Position numbers and translations under genes: made by a program. Shown in pieces: positions 1-12,737 of a DNA stretch of 64,000 bases; positions within the stretch are counted from its first letter, which is position 1, and each line of letters opens with the position of its first letter. The notes under the pieces are model-generated. The model was not told the origin of the DNA. It did no database searches and saw only the letters and a program-made list of their open reading frames with translations. The stretch is from NCBI GenBank assembly GCA_964016885.1, contig OZ024740.1, positions 419,678,001-419,742,000 of the forward strand. Reading direction: 5' to 3'. The DNA is from Eledone cirrhosa (taxonomy: Eukaryota).

Positions 1-460
1 GTAACATGACAAAAAGTGCCCAGTCAACCCTGTAAAGTGGTTGTGTTGGTGACACAACAAAAACCACCCAGGCCACCCTGTAAGTTGATCGTATTGGGGA
101 CATGACAAAAGTTGCCCAGTTCACTCTGTAAGTTGGTTGTGTTGGTGACAACAAAAACCACTCAGTCAACTCTGTAAGGAGGTCGTATTGGTAACAAAAC
201 AAAAACCACCCAGCCATCTCTGTCAGGTGGTCATGTTGGTTACACAACAAAAACTACCCAGTTCACCCTATAAGATGGTCGTTTTGCTTACATAATAAAA
301 TGCACCCAGTCCACACTGTAATGTGGTTGGTGTTAGGAGGGGCATCTGACCGTAGAAACTAAACCAAAATACAAATCCATATGAGTAAGATATTGTCTCT
401 GAACCTGGCTTGTCCCATAGCATGACAATACGTCTAACCCATGTAAGTGTGGAAAAGAGA
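1..460 (+). mobile_element. Non-autonomous retroposon with diverged ~48-bp tandem units
   Basis: About 6-7 copies of CACCCAGTCACYCTGTAAAGTGGTTGTGTTGGTGACACAACAAAAA, then TTAGGAGGGGCATCTGACCGTAGAAAC and the tail motif TCTAACCCATG...TGGAAAA. Same family as 10390-11046. Confidence 0.65.
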
Positions 461-1589
461 GATAAGTCACACTCAACCCTGGTACTTATCTTAATTAGAT
501 CTGGAGAGTGATAAGTCACACTCAACCATACTAAGATTTGAAGCCAGAAACTAGAGGTACGAGAAAAATTAAGTACTTTGAGGTGTTTAATCTGATACTT
601 TGATGTTTCTGCCAACTTACCACCCTTCAGTGGTTTCTTGGGCACAAAACCAATTTGGTGGGAAGGTGGGTATAGTCAATTAAATCAACTTTGATTTCCA
701 GTGTTGTCATTCATCAAATATATTGGATGAATGACAAAGTTAAACTTAACCAAATTTGAACTCTGGCCATAATATTATATTATACCATATATACCACAAG
801 TTATTTTGTCTGTCACTCTACCTATTTTCCTAATCTACTATTCGACATTAAGAGAAATAACTCTATTCATAATTTCATCATTTATTCTCAGTAAAGTAAT
901 GACTACATGCATTTAGAAAGACAAATATTTCTGTGAAACTGTGTAATAAATACATTTATCATAAAATATATAATAGAATTTACTCTCCAGAAAATTATTT
1001 TCTTATGGAAATTTTTACTTAAAGTGATAAAAATACATTTTTTATTTTTTTATTTTATTTTATAAATTTTTATTTACTATTCATAACATATTTCAATCTT
1101 CCAACTTCATTGCTGAATAAACTTGTCACTATTTTGCAATTATCAGTTGTGAACAACATCTCAAATATTTAATTTTACTTCATATTATTTACACATAAAG
1201 ATGTTTGCCAGCTATGATTTGTTAAATACCATCATAATTTTCATCTTAGTTTTCCACATCAGTAAATGTCATGTCAACATAACTGGATATTATTCTTCTG
1301 TGTGTTTGATTGGAAAATTTTATTGAATCGATGGAAGAAACTGGATTGTTGTTGTTGTTTATATTATAAATTCTTGTGTGAATATGAATTGAAAGGTATT
1401 CAAAATTCTGTTACACAATATTGTATTTTACAAATTTGAAACCTGATTAATGCCAGCTATAAAAATGTAAAATGGGAATGATGTAGTTTAGTTAGATTGA
1501 GAAATATAGCTTGTCACAGATTTCTATGAGACAAAAGAGACTGTGTGATATTCATGCCTTTCTTAAGGGTATAAATCAATAAAAATGCT

Positions 1590-1860
1590 GGTAGACAGGA
1601 ACCACTCCTTGTGATGGTGAAAAGATGGAAGTTTGCCTGGTATGGTCATATATCCTACCACAATCCCTTGTCTAAAACCCTCCCTCAGAGCACAGTCAAG
1701 AGAGGGTGAAGAAGAAGCAGATAAAGAAAATCCTGGTCTGATGACATCAAAGACTGGACTGGTCACAGCACTGAGACACTTCAATGCATGACAGAGAATA
1801 GAGATTTATGGTGACAACTGACAGCAAAAGCCTCTAGAGTGGCACCCCAACGACTGGTTA
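1590..1860 (+). pseudogene. RTE-clade LINE ORF C-terminal relic
   Basis: Translates VKRWKFAWYGHISYHNPLSKTLPQSTVKRG*RRSR*RKSWSDDIKDWTGHSTETLQCMTENRDLW*QL, matching the RTE C-terminal pattern (LxWFGHI...GxRxRGRQRKxWxDxIKxWTG...DRxxWR), with stops. Confidence 0.75.
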
Positions 1861-1990
1861 CACCAGTGGTACATCTAGAGTGGCACCCACATGACTGGCT
1901 GCACCAGTGGCACATCTAGAGTGGCACCCACATGACTGGCTGCGCCGGTGGTACATCTAGTGTGACACCCCAACAACTGCTTGCACCAGT
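1833..1990. repeat. 41-bp tandem repeat (~4 copies) at the RTE 3' end
   Basis: TCTAGAGTGGCACCC...GACTGGCTGCACCAGTGGTACA starts at 1833, 1874, 1915 and 1956. Confidence 0.9.
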
Positions 1991-2240
1991 TACAGGAACA
2001 TGAAGATGATAAGTAAAAGGAAATATTAATCAGTGCCATATGATGGAGTTCCCTTCACAATGACAACACTTTGGTCAAGGGTCTCCTAACATTGCCTTGG
2101 GTTGACCAATTCTTTGTGATTCAAATTTAATAGATGGAGACAATGCAGCTGCCCATCTTGTGTTTTATTTTCTCAATTTTTTTCCATTCCCTTCTCTTTT
2201 CACTCTATCTTTCTATTTCACCTTTTATTTCTCATTCTAT

Positions 2241-2276
2241 CCTCTGATAAAGGACTAGTTTCCGAAACGTTAAGAC
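2241..2276 (+). ncRNA. Degenerate Penelope-type minimal hammerhead relic
   Basis: CTGATAA-AGGACTAGTTTCC-GAAACGTT resembles the CTGATGA..GAAACGTC motif with core mutations. Followed by a 20-bp tandem duplication and a T-rich tail ending in (TG)n. Confidence 0.35.
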
Positions 2277-4099
2277 TCTTTTCCTATTGTTAAGACTCTT
2301 TTCCTATTGTTTCAAGCATTTAACTAATATATTTCTTGATTGTACTGTGTCATTTGCTTTGTTATTTCTGTTTACTGTTTACATATGTGTGTGTGTGTGT
2401 GTGTTTATATAGCTTTGTTAAGAAATTCAAAGTCCTTTGTGATATTTGATCTGCACAGATAATCTTTTATTACTTTTGTCATGGAGCTGGGATTGTCCTG
2501 TTGGAAACCTGTAACCAACTATTCAGTTCTTCATAAAATGTGATATTAATACAATAAGAAGGAATTGAGAGAGCAAAACTAAATTTTGCTTTTTGTATTT
2601 GCCTGAGACAAAATAATGAATCTTACTTATGGGGGTAATGCAATGCTTCATGGACCATTATTTATGGGTTAATATAATCCACAATCTTGACAATTCGGCA
2701 GCAACCAGACTGCATTTAATATGGAATCATTCAAGAATTTACATTTATTAATATATGAGAAAAGTTTAATTTGAAATAAAGCAGCAGAAAGAGAAAAATG
2801 GACATTAAAACAGTGATGATGATATTGATGTTGATGATGATTAGTAAGGTGAAATTGTTGATTGCTTGAGAAGAGATTGGAAATAGAAGATAAGAACTGG
2901 CTGAATAAATGATAAATGCTAAAAGTAGATAATATCCAGAAAATGTAATTAAGTCAGAGAAAATTTTTGAATGAGACAGTTAAAATTGGTCTGAAGGAAA
3001 TGGAAGAAACAGAAGATAGGAGAATGGAAAGTGGAATATTGCATGAAATAATCAAAAAACTTCATCTAACTGATGTTAGCCTGAAAGGCAGAGAAAAAGT
3101 ATTTATAGTAGCCTAATCTCAAACATTTTTTTCTATGCTGGTCTCAGTTATATATTTACATTTACTACTACTTCCAATGTATAATTGTTGGCTTTTTATC
3201 TATTCCCCTGCATCCATTTTCATCAAATATTTGTCACATTTTTCTTCTTTATTTTATTATTATTTTATTTTCATTTCATACCATTATCTTCATATGATTT
3301 TAATCTCATTGAAATGTAGTTCTATATTGCATGCGCAGTATACTCTTCATATCCAATTGTATTTTTAGTTTTAAAAATCAATACCTTGATTTCAATGCTA
3401 AAATAGTCTCCTAGAAGGACTGATTTTTTTGTCTTTGTTTTTCTAAGTTAGAACATGTAGGATGGTTTATGCGAACTTCGATATTCATATATTGTTGGAC
3501 CAATTTTAAAAAAAAAAAATTCTGTTTGCTCTTCTATCACAAATATTCAACCTTGAATAATATAAAGATACCTGTTAGGCAGACTGCTACAATTTAAATA
3601 ATGTTTTACTCCAGTACATAAAACAATAGATTATAACATTGGAACATTTGTCCATCTTGTCCAACATTTAAACCATACAATAACTATTTCGAAGTTCTTT
3701 AGGGTAAGCAATGGTATAGATTATTGATTGTTGTTAGTCTCAGTGCATAATAAATATGGAGTGAGGGAGGATTAAAAAGAAAAAGGAATGGATGGCAAGA
3801 CTCACAGAGATTTTATAAAAAGTTAGGCTCAGAAAATAAATATATATTTTGTAAAAACTGTAAGAATCTCAAATGACTGTAAAACAACCAGCTGCTATGA
3901 TGAATAGCAAGGAGTTGGGTTAAAATATAACCCCTTATGAAGAATGGTCAGAGAAAAGATGTGAGTGAGAGAGAGAACGAAGGGTATAGAGTGTATGGCA
4001 TATGATGAGAGATTGAGAGAGAGAGAAGAAAAGAGGGAATGAGAACATATGTTGACATGGATAAGAATGATATGATAGTGGAGAAAGGTTGAAGAACAA

Positions 4100-4134
<35 letters not shown>

Positions 4135-4142
<8 letters not shown>

Positions 4143-4456
4143 ATATTAACAAATGGAAACTATATTTATAAAACCATATTTATTTTATTATACATATTTC
4201 AAGGGCCACCAAGGCAAATTATGGTGCGCTTTCATCAGATAAAATACAATACAGATTTGTTTTATAAATAAATATTGACATACCCTGAAAAAAGACAACC
4301 TTAATTATGTATAATAAAATAAATATGGTTTTATAAATATAGTTTCCATTTGTTAATATAGTGTATATTTACTCCACTAACTTGTTGAGTGCTTTATATC
4401 AGTTATAAAAATGTTTAAGCTTGTTGAATCCCAACAAATTAAATATAACCTCTGCA
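4135..4456. mobile_element. Putative non-autonomous Penelope-like insertion with 62-bp inverted arms, between (TA)n tracts
   Basis: Arms 4135-4196 and 4306-4367 are reverse complements with 1 mismatch. It contains the hammerhead at 4181-4246 and is bounded by TA microsatellites. Confidence 0.6.
4181..4246 (-). ncRNA. Type I hammerhead ribozyme motif, copy 1
   Basis: Minus strand reads TATTTTAT-CTGATGA-AAG[CGCACCA TAATTTGCCT TGGTGGCC]CTT-GAAA-TATGTA-TA^ATAAAATA. Perfect 8-bp stem I, intact CUGAUGA/GAAA core, extended stem II, quasi-palindromic short stem III (AUAUGUAU), AUA cleavage triplet. Confidence 0.8.
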
Positions 4457-4739
4457 TATATATATATTTTTATATTTGGGGATGGTTATGTTGTCAATAT
4501 TGCCAATAGAAAGAAACACATGCTCCATATAATTTTCCCTTTATCTTTATTGTTTGTTGTTCATTCGTTTGTCAGAGTTCTTTCATCACACATTCTGTGA
4601 CCTCCTCAATGACTATCTGTTGTGTGTTTCTTCTTTTTCCTGGTCTTAAACTTCTACTCCATCTTGTCTTTGTTTGTTTTGTGATGTGTTTGATGTCTGC
4701 ACATGTGTTTGCACCTGTGTCTGTGTGTATATAGGTGTG

Positions 4740-4783
<44 letters not shown>

Positions 4784-5008
4784 AATAAATAATCAAGAAT
4801 CGGAATCTCGGCTCACGAAATCACGAAACACGATCTTCGAAATGTGTGGCAGAGGGCTCAATAGTTTGGGTAAACCAGAGCTATAACTATCGTTAAAATA
4901 CCAACACATAGAGACAATGCTTAAAATCATCGCACAGCCGAAAAAAACGACCAGGAAAATTCGGGTCAGACAAATAATAAATTAATAAATTAATAAATTA
5001 AATGAATG

Positions 5009-5103
5009 TAAAGTTTAAGCAAAGAATCGCTGCTTTCACCCTTAATGGGATCTTCAGAAGATCCATTTAAGGGTGAAAGCAGCGATTCTTTGCTCAAACT
5101 TTA
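5009..5103. repeat. Near-perfect palindrome, 47-bp arms, 1-nt centre
   Basis: TAAAGTTTAAGCAAAGAATCGCTGCTTTCACCCTTAATGGGATCTTC-A-GAAGATCCATTTAAGGGTGAAAGCAGCGATTCTTTGCTCAAACTTTA. Confidence 0.9.
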
Positions 5104-7109
5104 ATCTGTTTAATAAATATTTGCTCTAGGGTTCTTATATATTTGATATATAGATATATATTTATCCTTATCAAGCCCTCTTTGGATTTTAGTCTTCACA
5201 TTTATTATTATTACTATATGTATATATACAGGTAAAAAAAGTGGGGTCAAGCCACAAAAACTATTTTGGAGAATTTTAAATAAAGGTGCATAAATATCTA
5301 TTTATTTTCATCCTTTGTATTGAGCTCAGTTTTTTTTTTAAATCAGTCGTTATTCACAAGTTATATTTCTACTGTATGTAATGTTCTTCAAAGGTGCTTT
5401 ATAATAGATTCTTTATAATATACACTTTAATTCACCAAAATATTTACATATTGCTTTAATAATGGTACTCTTACATAATTCTTTAAAAACAATATTTTTT
5501 TGTTTTTTATTTCCTCAAATGATGAAATGATGAATCCCCAGTTTGCAAATTTTAGATATTTTCATCAATCATATTTATTGATTCATCTATTTCAAAGGCT
5601 AATGCTTTGCTGTTTGTGTTTTCCATTAATATTAACTTTAGTTGCCCATTATTATATATAAATAGAGACATAGTAAATAAGATATGACAAGACTTCCCCT
5701 TGCTTTAAGATCGTAGTCCTCTTTTATTTAGTCAACTATTGATGTGGTTGAGCATAATGCACTGATATCAAACACTACTTCGAGATAAGTGCAAAATAAT
5801 GTAATGCAGCTAACATTACTTAAAATCATATTGTCAATTACTATAATGCTGATGACAATGATGAATAGTTTTGAAAAAAATAGTTTTTTAAAAAGATTTT
5901 TATATATTCTATGGAGTGTTCTGCTTTATGTACAGCAATAAATCATTAATAAGAGATATTTGAATAACACTTACTCTTTATTTCCCTTATGGTTTTATTG
6001 TGAAATATTATTCATATAAAAATAAACTTCGGTGATAAAATGAAATTTTAAATTAGTAAAAAAAATTTATTATTTTTATCATACATGTTCACTTTGAATG
6101 TTTTATCATATAAATTGCCATCTTATTAAACCTTAAATTTTGTCCCCTAACTATCAAAGGTGATTGGAACATTTTTGATTGAAAGAATACACTCTAGAGC
6201 TAAAACTATTATATGGTTTCTACTCACTCATAAATTTAACATAATTTGTGTTTTGTTTGTGAAATGAGCTGAAAACTCATAAACTAGAAAAGCTTTATCC
6301 ACTAAGACTGTGTCTATAATCACTATTATAATTTCAGTATTCTTTCTCTTCTTTTTTGTTGTTGTTTTATATTCAGAATGTTTTAAATATTAATCTAGCA
6401 GTTGAATTAATGATAAAACTTAATATATATTTTAAAACCTCCACTTGTATAAACAAAAGAGTACCAATAGTAGTAATAAGTTTCTTATTTCTGATAAATG
6501 CTTGAAGAAAAGAAGTAGTAAAAAAACTAATAATCATTTAGCAATAGAAATAGAGACTACAGAGACTAAGTTTGTTGAAGTCTTTAGGTCATGATTCCTA
6601 AATTAACTTTGTTAACAGTTGTGGTATAGTTTATAATGAATTGTGTGAAATGTAGACAGTGTGGCTTTGAGCATGGAAGCAGTGCATCAACTACAGTAAT
6701 TAAAGACTAATGAAGTAATTAGATGGATAGTTGGGTAAATATAATAATTATACTAATATGATTCAGGAGTTCTTAAGTATGTGCATCTAGAGATAAATTG
6801 TCTGCAGTGAATGGTAATATTTTATAGGTTAATTAGAAAGAATGATAACTAAAATAACTTTGAAAATAAGTCAACTACAACAAAACAAAATTCATAATTG
6901 ATAGGATAGGGGGAAATAATTTTCTCTTGAGTTGAGAAAAATATAGCAAAGGATATTAATGAAATTGCTTTTGGTTATTCATTTATGGTTTACTTATAAT
7001 ATAAAATGTAAAGAAAATATAACCTTCCTATACTATAAATGGTAATGGATATATTTCAAAATAATAATGATGATGATGATGGTTGTAGTGACATCAACAG
7101 CATTGTTGT

Positions 7110-7478
7110 AAGGACTTGAAAATATCCATTGAAGATAATACTAAGTTGGAAAACCTATTAAAAACTGTTTATAAATTCACCCTAGGCATAAAACTGAGTA
7201 TGGGATTAGACAAATGTGCCAAAGAGGCAAATTAACTAAAACTGAAAACATTGAATAATTATATAGACACCACAATCTGAGAATTAGATCAGCATCACCC
7301 ACACTAATACTTGGGTGTAAATTAAATTGGTAAGATATAAAATACAGAGATGGAGAAAATTAGAAAAGAATACTATAGAAGAGTTAAACTGATATTAAAA
7401 ACTTGCCATCTTCTAAACTATTGTTTCAACATATTAACATGAAAGTTAAGTGAATTGAAGAATTTAGACAGAAACTCC
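7110..7478 (+). pseudogene. R4/Dong-like non-LTR reverse transcriptase relic
   Basis: KDLKISIEDNTKLENLLKTVYKFTLGIKLSMGLDKCAK / RGKLTKTENI...ELDQ...YLGVN...EKIRKEYYRRVKLILKT resembles recalled R4/Dong RT motifs (DDLKL, FGLDKCAK, YKYLG, KEYxRRVRxILK). Frameshifts and stops present. Confidence 0.7.
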
Positions 7479-7631
7479 AATCCTCATGGAAACTACTAAT
7501 AATATTCTGAAGCCTCAACTCCGAAACTGAAATAGGATATATTGATACCTATCTCAGACACATTAATATAATACACCATACACAACACATGCTTCATGCG
7601 ATCAACAGTTGACGCTAAAACACAAAACACT

Positions 7632-9775
7632 ACACATACAACACATAGGAGACATATACAACACATAAGAGACACATACAACACATAGGAGACACATACA
7701 ACACATAGGGGACATATACAGCACATAAAGACATATACACCACATATGAGACACATACAGCACATAGGGGACACATACAACACATAGGAGACACATACAA
7801 CACATAGGGGACATATAAAGCACATAAAGACATATACACCACATATGAGACACATACAGCACATAGGGGACACATACAACACATAGGAGACATATACAGC
7901 ACATATGAGACATATACAGCACATAAAGACATATACAGCACATAAAGACATATACAGCACATAGGAGACATATACAGCACATTGGAGACATATACAACAC
8001 ATTGGAGACATATACAACACATAGGAGACATATACAGCACATAAAGACATATACAGCACATAAAGACATATACAGCACATAGGAGACATATACAGCACAT
8101 TGGAGACATATACAACACATAGGAGACATATACAGCACATAAAGACATATACAGCACATAGGAGACATATACAGCACATTGGAGACATGTACAACACATA
8201 GGAGACATATACAGCACATAAAGACATATACAGCACATAGGAGACATATACAGCACATAGGAGACATATACACCACATAGGAGACATATACACCACATAG
8301 GAGACATATACACCACATAGGAGACATATACGCCACATAGGAGACATATACACCACATAGGAGACATATACACCACATAGGAGACATATACACCACATAG
8401 CAGACGCATACAGCACATAGGAGACATATACAGCACATAGGAGACACATACAGCAGATAGGAGACATATACACAACATAGGAGACACATACAGCACATAA
8501 GAGATACATACAACACATATGAGACATATACAGCACATAGACATATACAGCACATAGGAGATACATACAACACATAGGAGATACATACAACACATATGAG
8601 ACATATACAGCACATAAAGACACATACACCACATAGGAGACACATACAGCACATATGAGACACATACAGCACATATGAGACACATACAACACATAGGAGA
8701 CATATACAGCACATAGGAGACACATACAGCACATATGAGACATATACAGCACATATGAGACACATACAGCACATATGAGACATATACACCACATATGAGA
8801 CACATACACCACATATGAGACACATACACCACATGGGAGACACATACAGCACATAGGAGACATATACAGCACATATGAGACACATACAGCACATATGAGA
8901 CACATACACCACATAGGAGACACATACAGCACATGTGAGACATATACAGTACATAGGAGACACATACAGCACATAGGAGACACATACAGCACATATGAGA
9001 CATATACAGCACATAGGAGACATATACAGCACATAGGAGACATATACAGCACATTGGAGACATATACAGCACATAGGAGACACATACAACACATATGAGA
9101 CACATACAGCACATAGGAGACATATACAGCACATAGGAGACACATACACCACATAGGAGAGATATACAGCACATAGGAGACATATACAGCACATAGGAGA
9201 CATATACAGCACATAGGAGACACATACACCACATAGGAGAGATATACAGCACATAGGAGACATATACACCACATAGGAGACATATAACAGCACATAGGAG
9301 ACATATGCAGCACATAGGAGACATATACAGCACATAGGAGACATATACACCACATAGGAGACATATACAGCACATAGGAGACACATACAGCACATAGGAG
9401 ACATATACACCACATAGGAGACATATACAGCACATAGGAGACATATACACCACATAGGAGACATATAACAGCACATAGGAGACATATACAGCACATAGGA
9501 GACATATACACCACATAGGAGACATATACAGCACATAGGAGACATATACAGCACATAGGAGACACATACAGCACATATGAGACACATACACCACATAGGA
9601 GACATATACAGCACATAGGAGACACATACACCACATAGGAGACATATACAGCACATAGGAGACACAAACACCACATAGGAGACACAAACACCACATAGGA
9701 GACATATACAGCACATAGGAGACACAAACACCACATATACAGCACACATACCAGACACATACAACACATAGGAGA
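7632..9775. repeat. 20-bp minisatellite (~105 copies)
   Basis: CACATAGGAGACAYATACAV with 18-bp (CACATAAAGACATATACA) and 21-bp variants. Explains the three overlapping Cys/Val/Tyr/Met-rich ORFs. Confidence 0.97.
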
Positions 9776-10389
9776 CCCAAACACCACCCAGGTAGCAATA
9801 CCAAACTATGGATGTTTGGGGAGTTACTCATAGTTCCTGAGATAAAAACCCTCCAGAATAGGCTGTCAATACCCAGAGTCTGCCTCAAATTTTGTCAATC
9901 CTCCCAGCATTAATTCTCTATAGAATGGGAGGGTTATGTCACCTGATTAGTAGAGAACTGTGGATACCTGACAATATTTCAGATACCACATGCCTAATGT
10001 TAGTCTTTCTTTGATCCAGGGTTACAGCTTTGTTACAGAAATGAGCTGCAAGTTAACATGTCTGAGATATGATGGACACATCTGTTCATCATCCAGAAAT
10101 TTCTATAAATGCCTTAGCTCTTGTCTGCATATCATCTATACTGGACTGTCCTTGCTGAGGGTGCTGGCAAACATGAGACCTTGCAACAATGAAAGACAAA
10201 GTTGATTTCAGTGGAAACTGAACTCAGTATGTAAAAGCCAGAACAAATACCACAATGGTATTTTATCAAATCTCTACCAGTTCTGCCAATTTACCACCTC
10301 TTATAACACATTTGCTCATGGTTCTGCTTAATCAGTGTTGACCTGGGTCTAAACAACAACAAACTTGTATATTTTGCATTAGTTATCAC

Positions 10390-11046
10390 CACCCCGTACA
10401 CACTGTAAAGTGGTTGTGTAGGTGTCAAAACAAAAAGCACCCAGTACACACTGTAAAGTGGTTGTTTAGGTGTCACAACAAAAAGCACCCAGTACACACT
10501 GTAAAGTGGTTGTGTAGGTGTCACAACAAAAAGCACCCAGTACACACTGTAAAGTGGTTGTGTAGGTGTCAAAACAAAAAGCACCCAGTACACACTGTAA
10601 AGTGGTTGTGTAGGTGTCACAACAAAAAGCACACAGTACACACTGTAAAGTGGTTATGTAGGTGTCACAACAAAAAGCACCCAGTACACACTGTAAAGTG
10701 GTTGTGTAGGTGTCAAAACAAAAAGCACCCGGTACACACTGTAAAGTGGTTGTGTAGGTGTCACAACAAAAAGCACCCAGTACACACTGTAAAGTGGTCA
10801 TGTAGATGTCACAACAAAAATCACCCAGCACACTGTAAAGTGGTTGTGTAGGTGTCACAACAAAAAGCACCCAGTACACTGTAACTGTGGTTGACAATAG
10901 GAAGGACATCCAACTATAGAAATTTAGCCAGAAACAGTTCTGATTGAGCAAAACAGTCTCCTGACCTGACTTGACTCAAATAGGACAACCCATCTAACCC
11001 ATGCTAGCATGGAAAATGGCCATTAAACAATGATGATGATGATGAT
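10390..11046 (+). mobile_element. Non-autonomous (RTE-type bipartite-like) retroposon with ~10 x 48-bp internal tandem units and (GAT)n tail
   Basis: GTACACACTGTAAAGTGGTTGTGTAGGTGTCACAACAAAAAGCACCCA about 10 times (10396-10880), then TAGGAAGGACATCCAACTATAGAAA and CATCTAACCCATGCTAGCATGGAAAATGGCCATTAAACAATGATGATGAT. Confidence 0.7.
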
Positions 11047-11332
11047 GCTGTCATTTATTATAATATATCTAATCAAGTAAGATGCCTAGATCTCAAGGAT
11101 TCATCTAATTCCATTAAATTTCCATTTAGATTCAACTGACTACACTCTCCTGTCAGCTTATGATGGCCATGTTTCGTAAAGTTAAGTGCTTGCAACTTAA
11201 GACACTTTCTCTCTGTCTTTTGTGACACTCTTCTCGAATGTTTTGTCTTTCTAGAAAAATATACCCCAGAATATTGATTATGCTTGTGTAATATCATATG
11301 CAGGTGTTATTACCTTAAGTATGAAAGTATTC

Positions 11333-11420
11333 ATCATCATCATAACATTTGCTTTTTCATGCTGTCATGGGTTAGATGAGAATTTTTGAGGCAGTATTTT
11401 ATGGCTGGAGGCCCTTCTGC
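11333..11420 (-). mobile_element. Deleted copy of the (GAT)n-tailed retroposon
   Basis: Reverse complement contains AGAAGGGCCTCCAGCCATAAAA...CATCTAACCCATGACAGCATGAAAAAGCAAATGTTATGATGATGATG. Confidence 0.55.
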
Positions 11421-11534
11421 TCTGTACACTAACCCTTGTAGTCCTTTCTTACGGCTTGCAAGTGAACTTATTAAAAAAAAAAACAGGATGGATACACACA
11501 ATAATTATTACTTATATATTATAAACATATACCC

Positions 11535-11630
11535 TAGTAGTTAGGAAGTTGGGCTTATAATTGTAGGGTTGTGGCTTAAATTCCTACACTCAGTAGTGTA
11601 TTGTGTTCTTGAGCAAGACATTTCATTTTT
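11535..11630 (+). mobile_element. Degraded tRNA-derived CORE-type SINE 5' part
   Basis: A-box-like CCTAGTAGTTAGG, decayed B box GGCTTAAATTCC, then CORE-like TGTGTTCTTGAGCAAGACATTT. Confidence 0.45.
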
Positions 11631-12069
11631 TAAGTATACCTAAGTCTATGATGGATCTAACTTCAGTTTTTCTAACATGATGTTACTTACTTTTAACAGT
11701 TTTCTGCTCTTCAGGGTTGTTTTGGTGCAATTATGTAAATTGATTTTCATTCCAATTTCACCCCTGAAGTCATGTGTCAAATTAACATAAGATCTTATCA
11801 TCTCTTGTCGACATCCAGTCTGGTTTCATATATTGTTTAAATTTGTTGTTCCAAACATAAGAATATTAAGAGAGGGGGTGTTTCCTTTGGATTAATCCAC
11901 CTCTCACATGAACTAGGTTCGTTTTTACAATCCCATCGTTTGTTTGTGTTTGTACAAGTGTCTTTCCTTCACTCATCACATTTGTTGTATCTGTTTGTTA
12001 TTGTTGATATTAAATGAAATTTTCACCCTTTTGATAGCAACCCACCTAAAACCACCCCTCATTCTATGT

Positions 12070-12109
<40 letters not shown>

Positions 12110-12147
12110 ATATTAACAAATGGAAACTATATTTATAAAACCATATT

Positions 12148-12213
12148 TATTTTATTATACATATTTCAAGGGCCACCAAGGCAAATTATGGTGCGCTTTC
12201 ATCAGATAAAATA
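12148..12213 (-). ncRNA. Type I hammerhead ribozyme motif, copy 2 (identical to 4181-4246)
   Basis: Same 66-nt sequence as copy 1, inside a ~170-bp repeat (12101-12272 vs 4134-4304) that again abuts (TA)n. Confidence 0.8.
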
Positions 12214-12688
12214 CAGTACAGATTAGTTTTATAAATAAATATTGACATACCCTGAAAAAAAGATAACCTTAACGGTTGGAGCTTCCTGGATATATATATA
12301 TATATATATATATATAAAGATTTACATATATATATATATATATATATACATATACGTGTTTTGCAACGGGTCACTTTGTGGCTCAATGAAAAGTTAATAA
12401 ATTAAATAATCAGAGCTATATATCATAAAACATGTCTATAGAATCACAAGATAAAATATATACCATTTCCTCTCCCAATTAGCATAATTAACCATATAAA
12501 AAATAGAAGCCTTATTTTTATAGCCTGGTCTATTCGATTTTTTATATGGTTAATTATGCTAATTGGGAGAGGAAATGGTATATATTTTATCTGGTGATTC
12601 TATAGACATGTTTTATGATATATAGCTCTGATTATTTAATTTATTAACTTTTCATTGAGCCACAAAGTGACCGGTTGCAAAACACGTA

Positions 12689-12737
<49 letters not shown>

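Noticed and set aside
7496-9888. Three 720-760 aa Cys/Val/Tyr/Met-rich ORFs on the minus strand
   Set aside because: All three frames are open only because the 20-bp minisatellite lacks stops on that strand; no domain signal.
9790-10200. Possible LINE relic (LRYDGHI motif) or 71-aa ORF
   Set aside because: Only a single weak motif; cannot be assigned without a search.
10291-10951. ORFs with 16-aa Cys/His repeats (zinc-finger-like appearance)
   Set aside because: Translation of a 48-bp tandem unit in a non-coding retroposon; spacing does not fit C2H2 fingers.
11693-11716. Minus-strand CTGAAGAGCAGAAAACTGTT hammerhead-like string
   Set aside because: No stem II or stem I pairing; compatible with chance.
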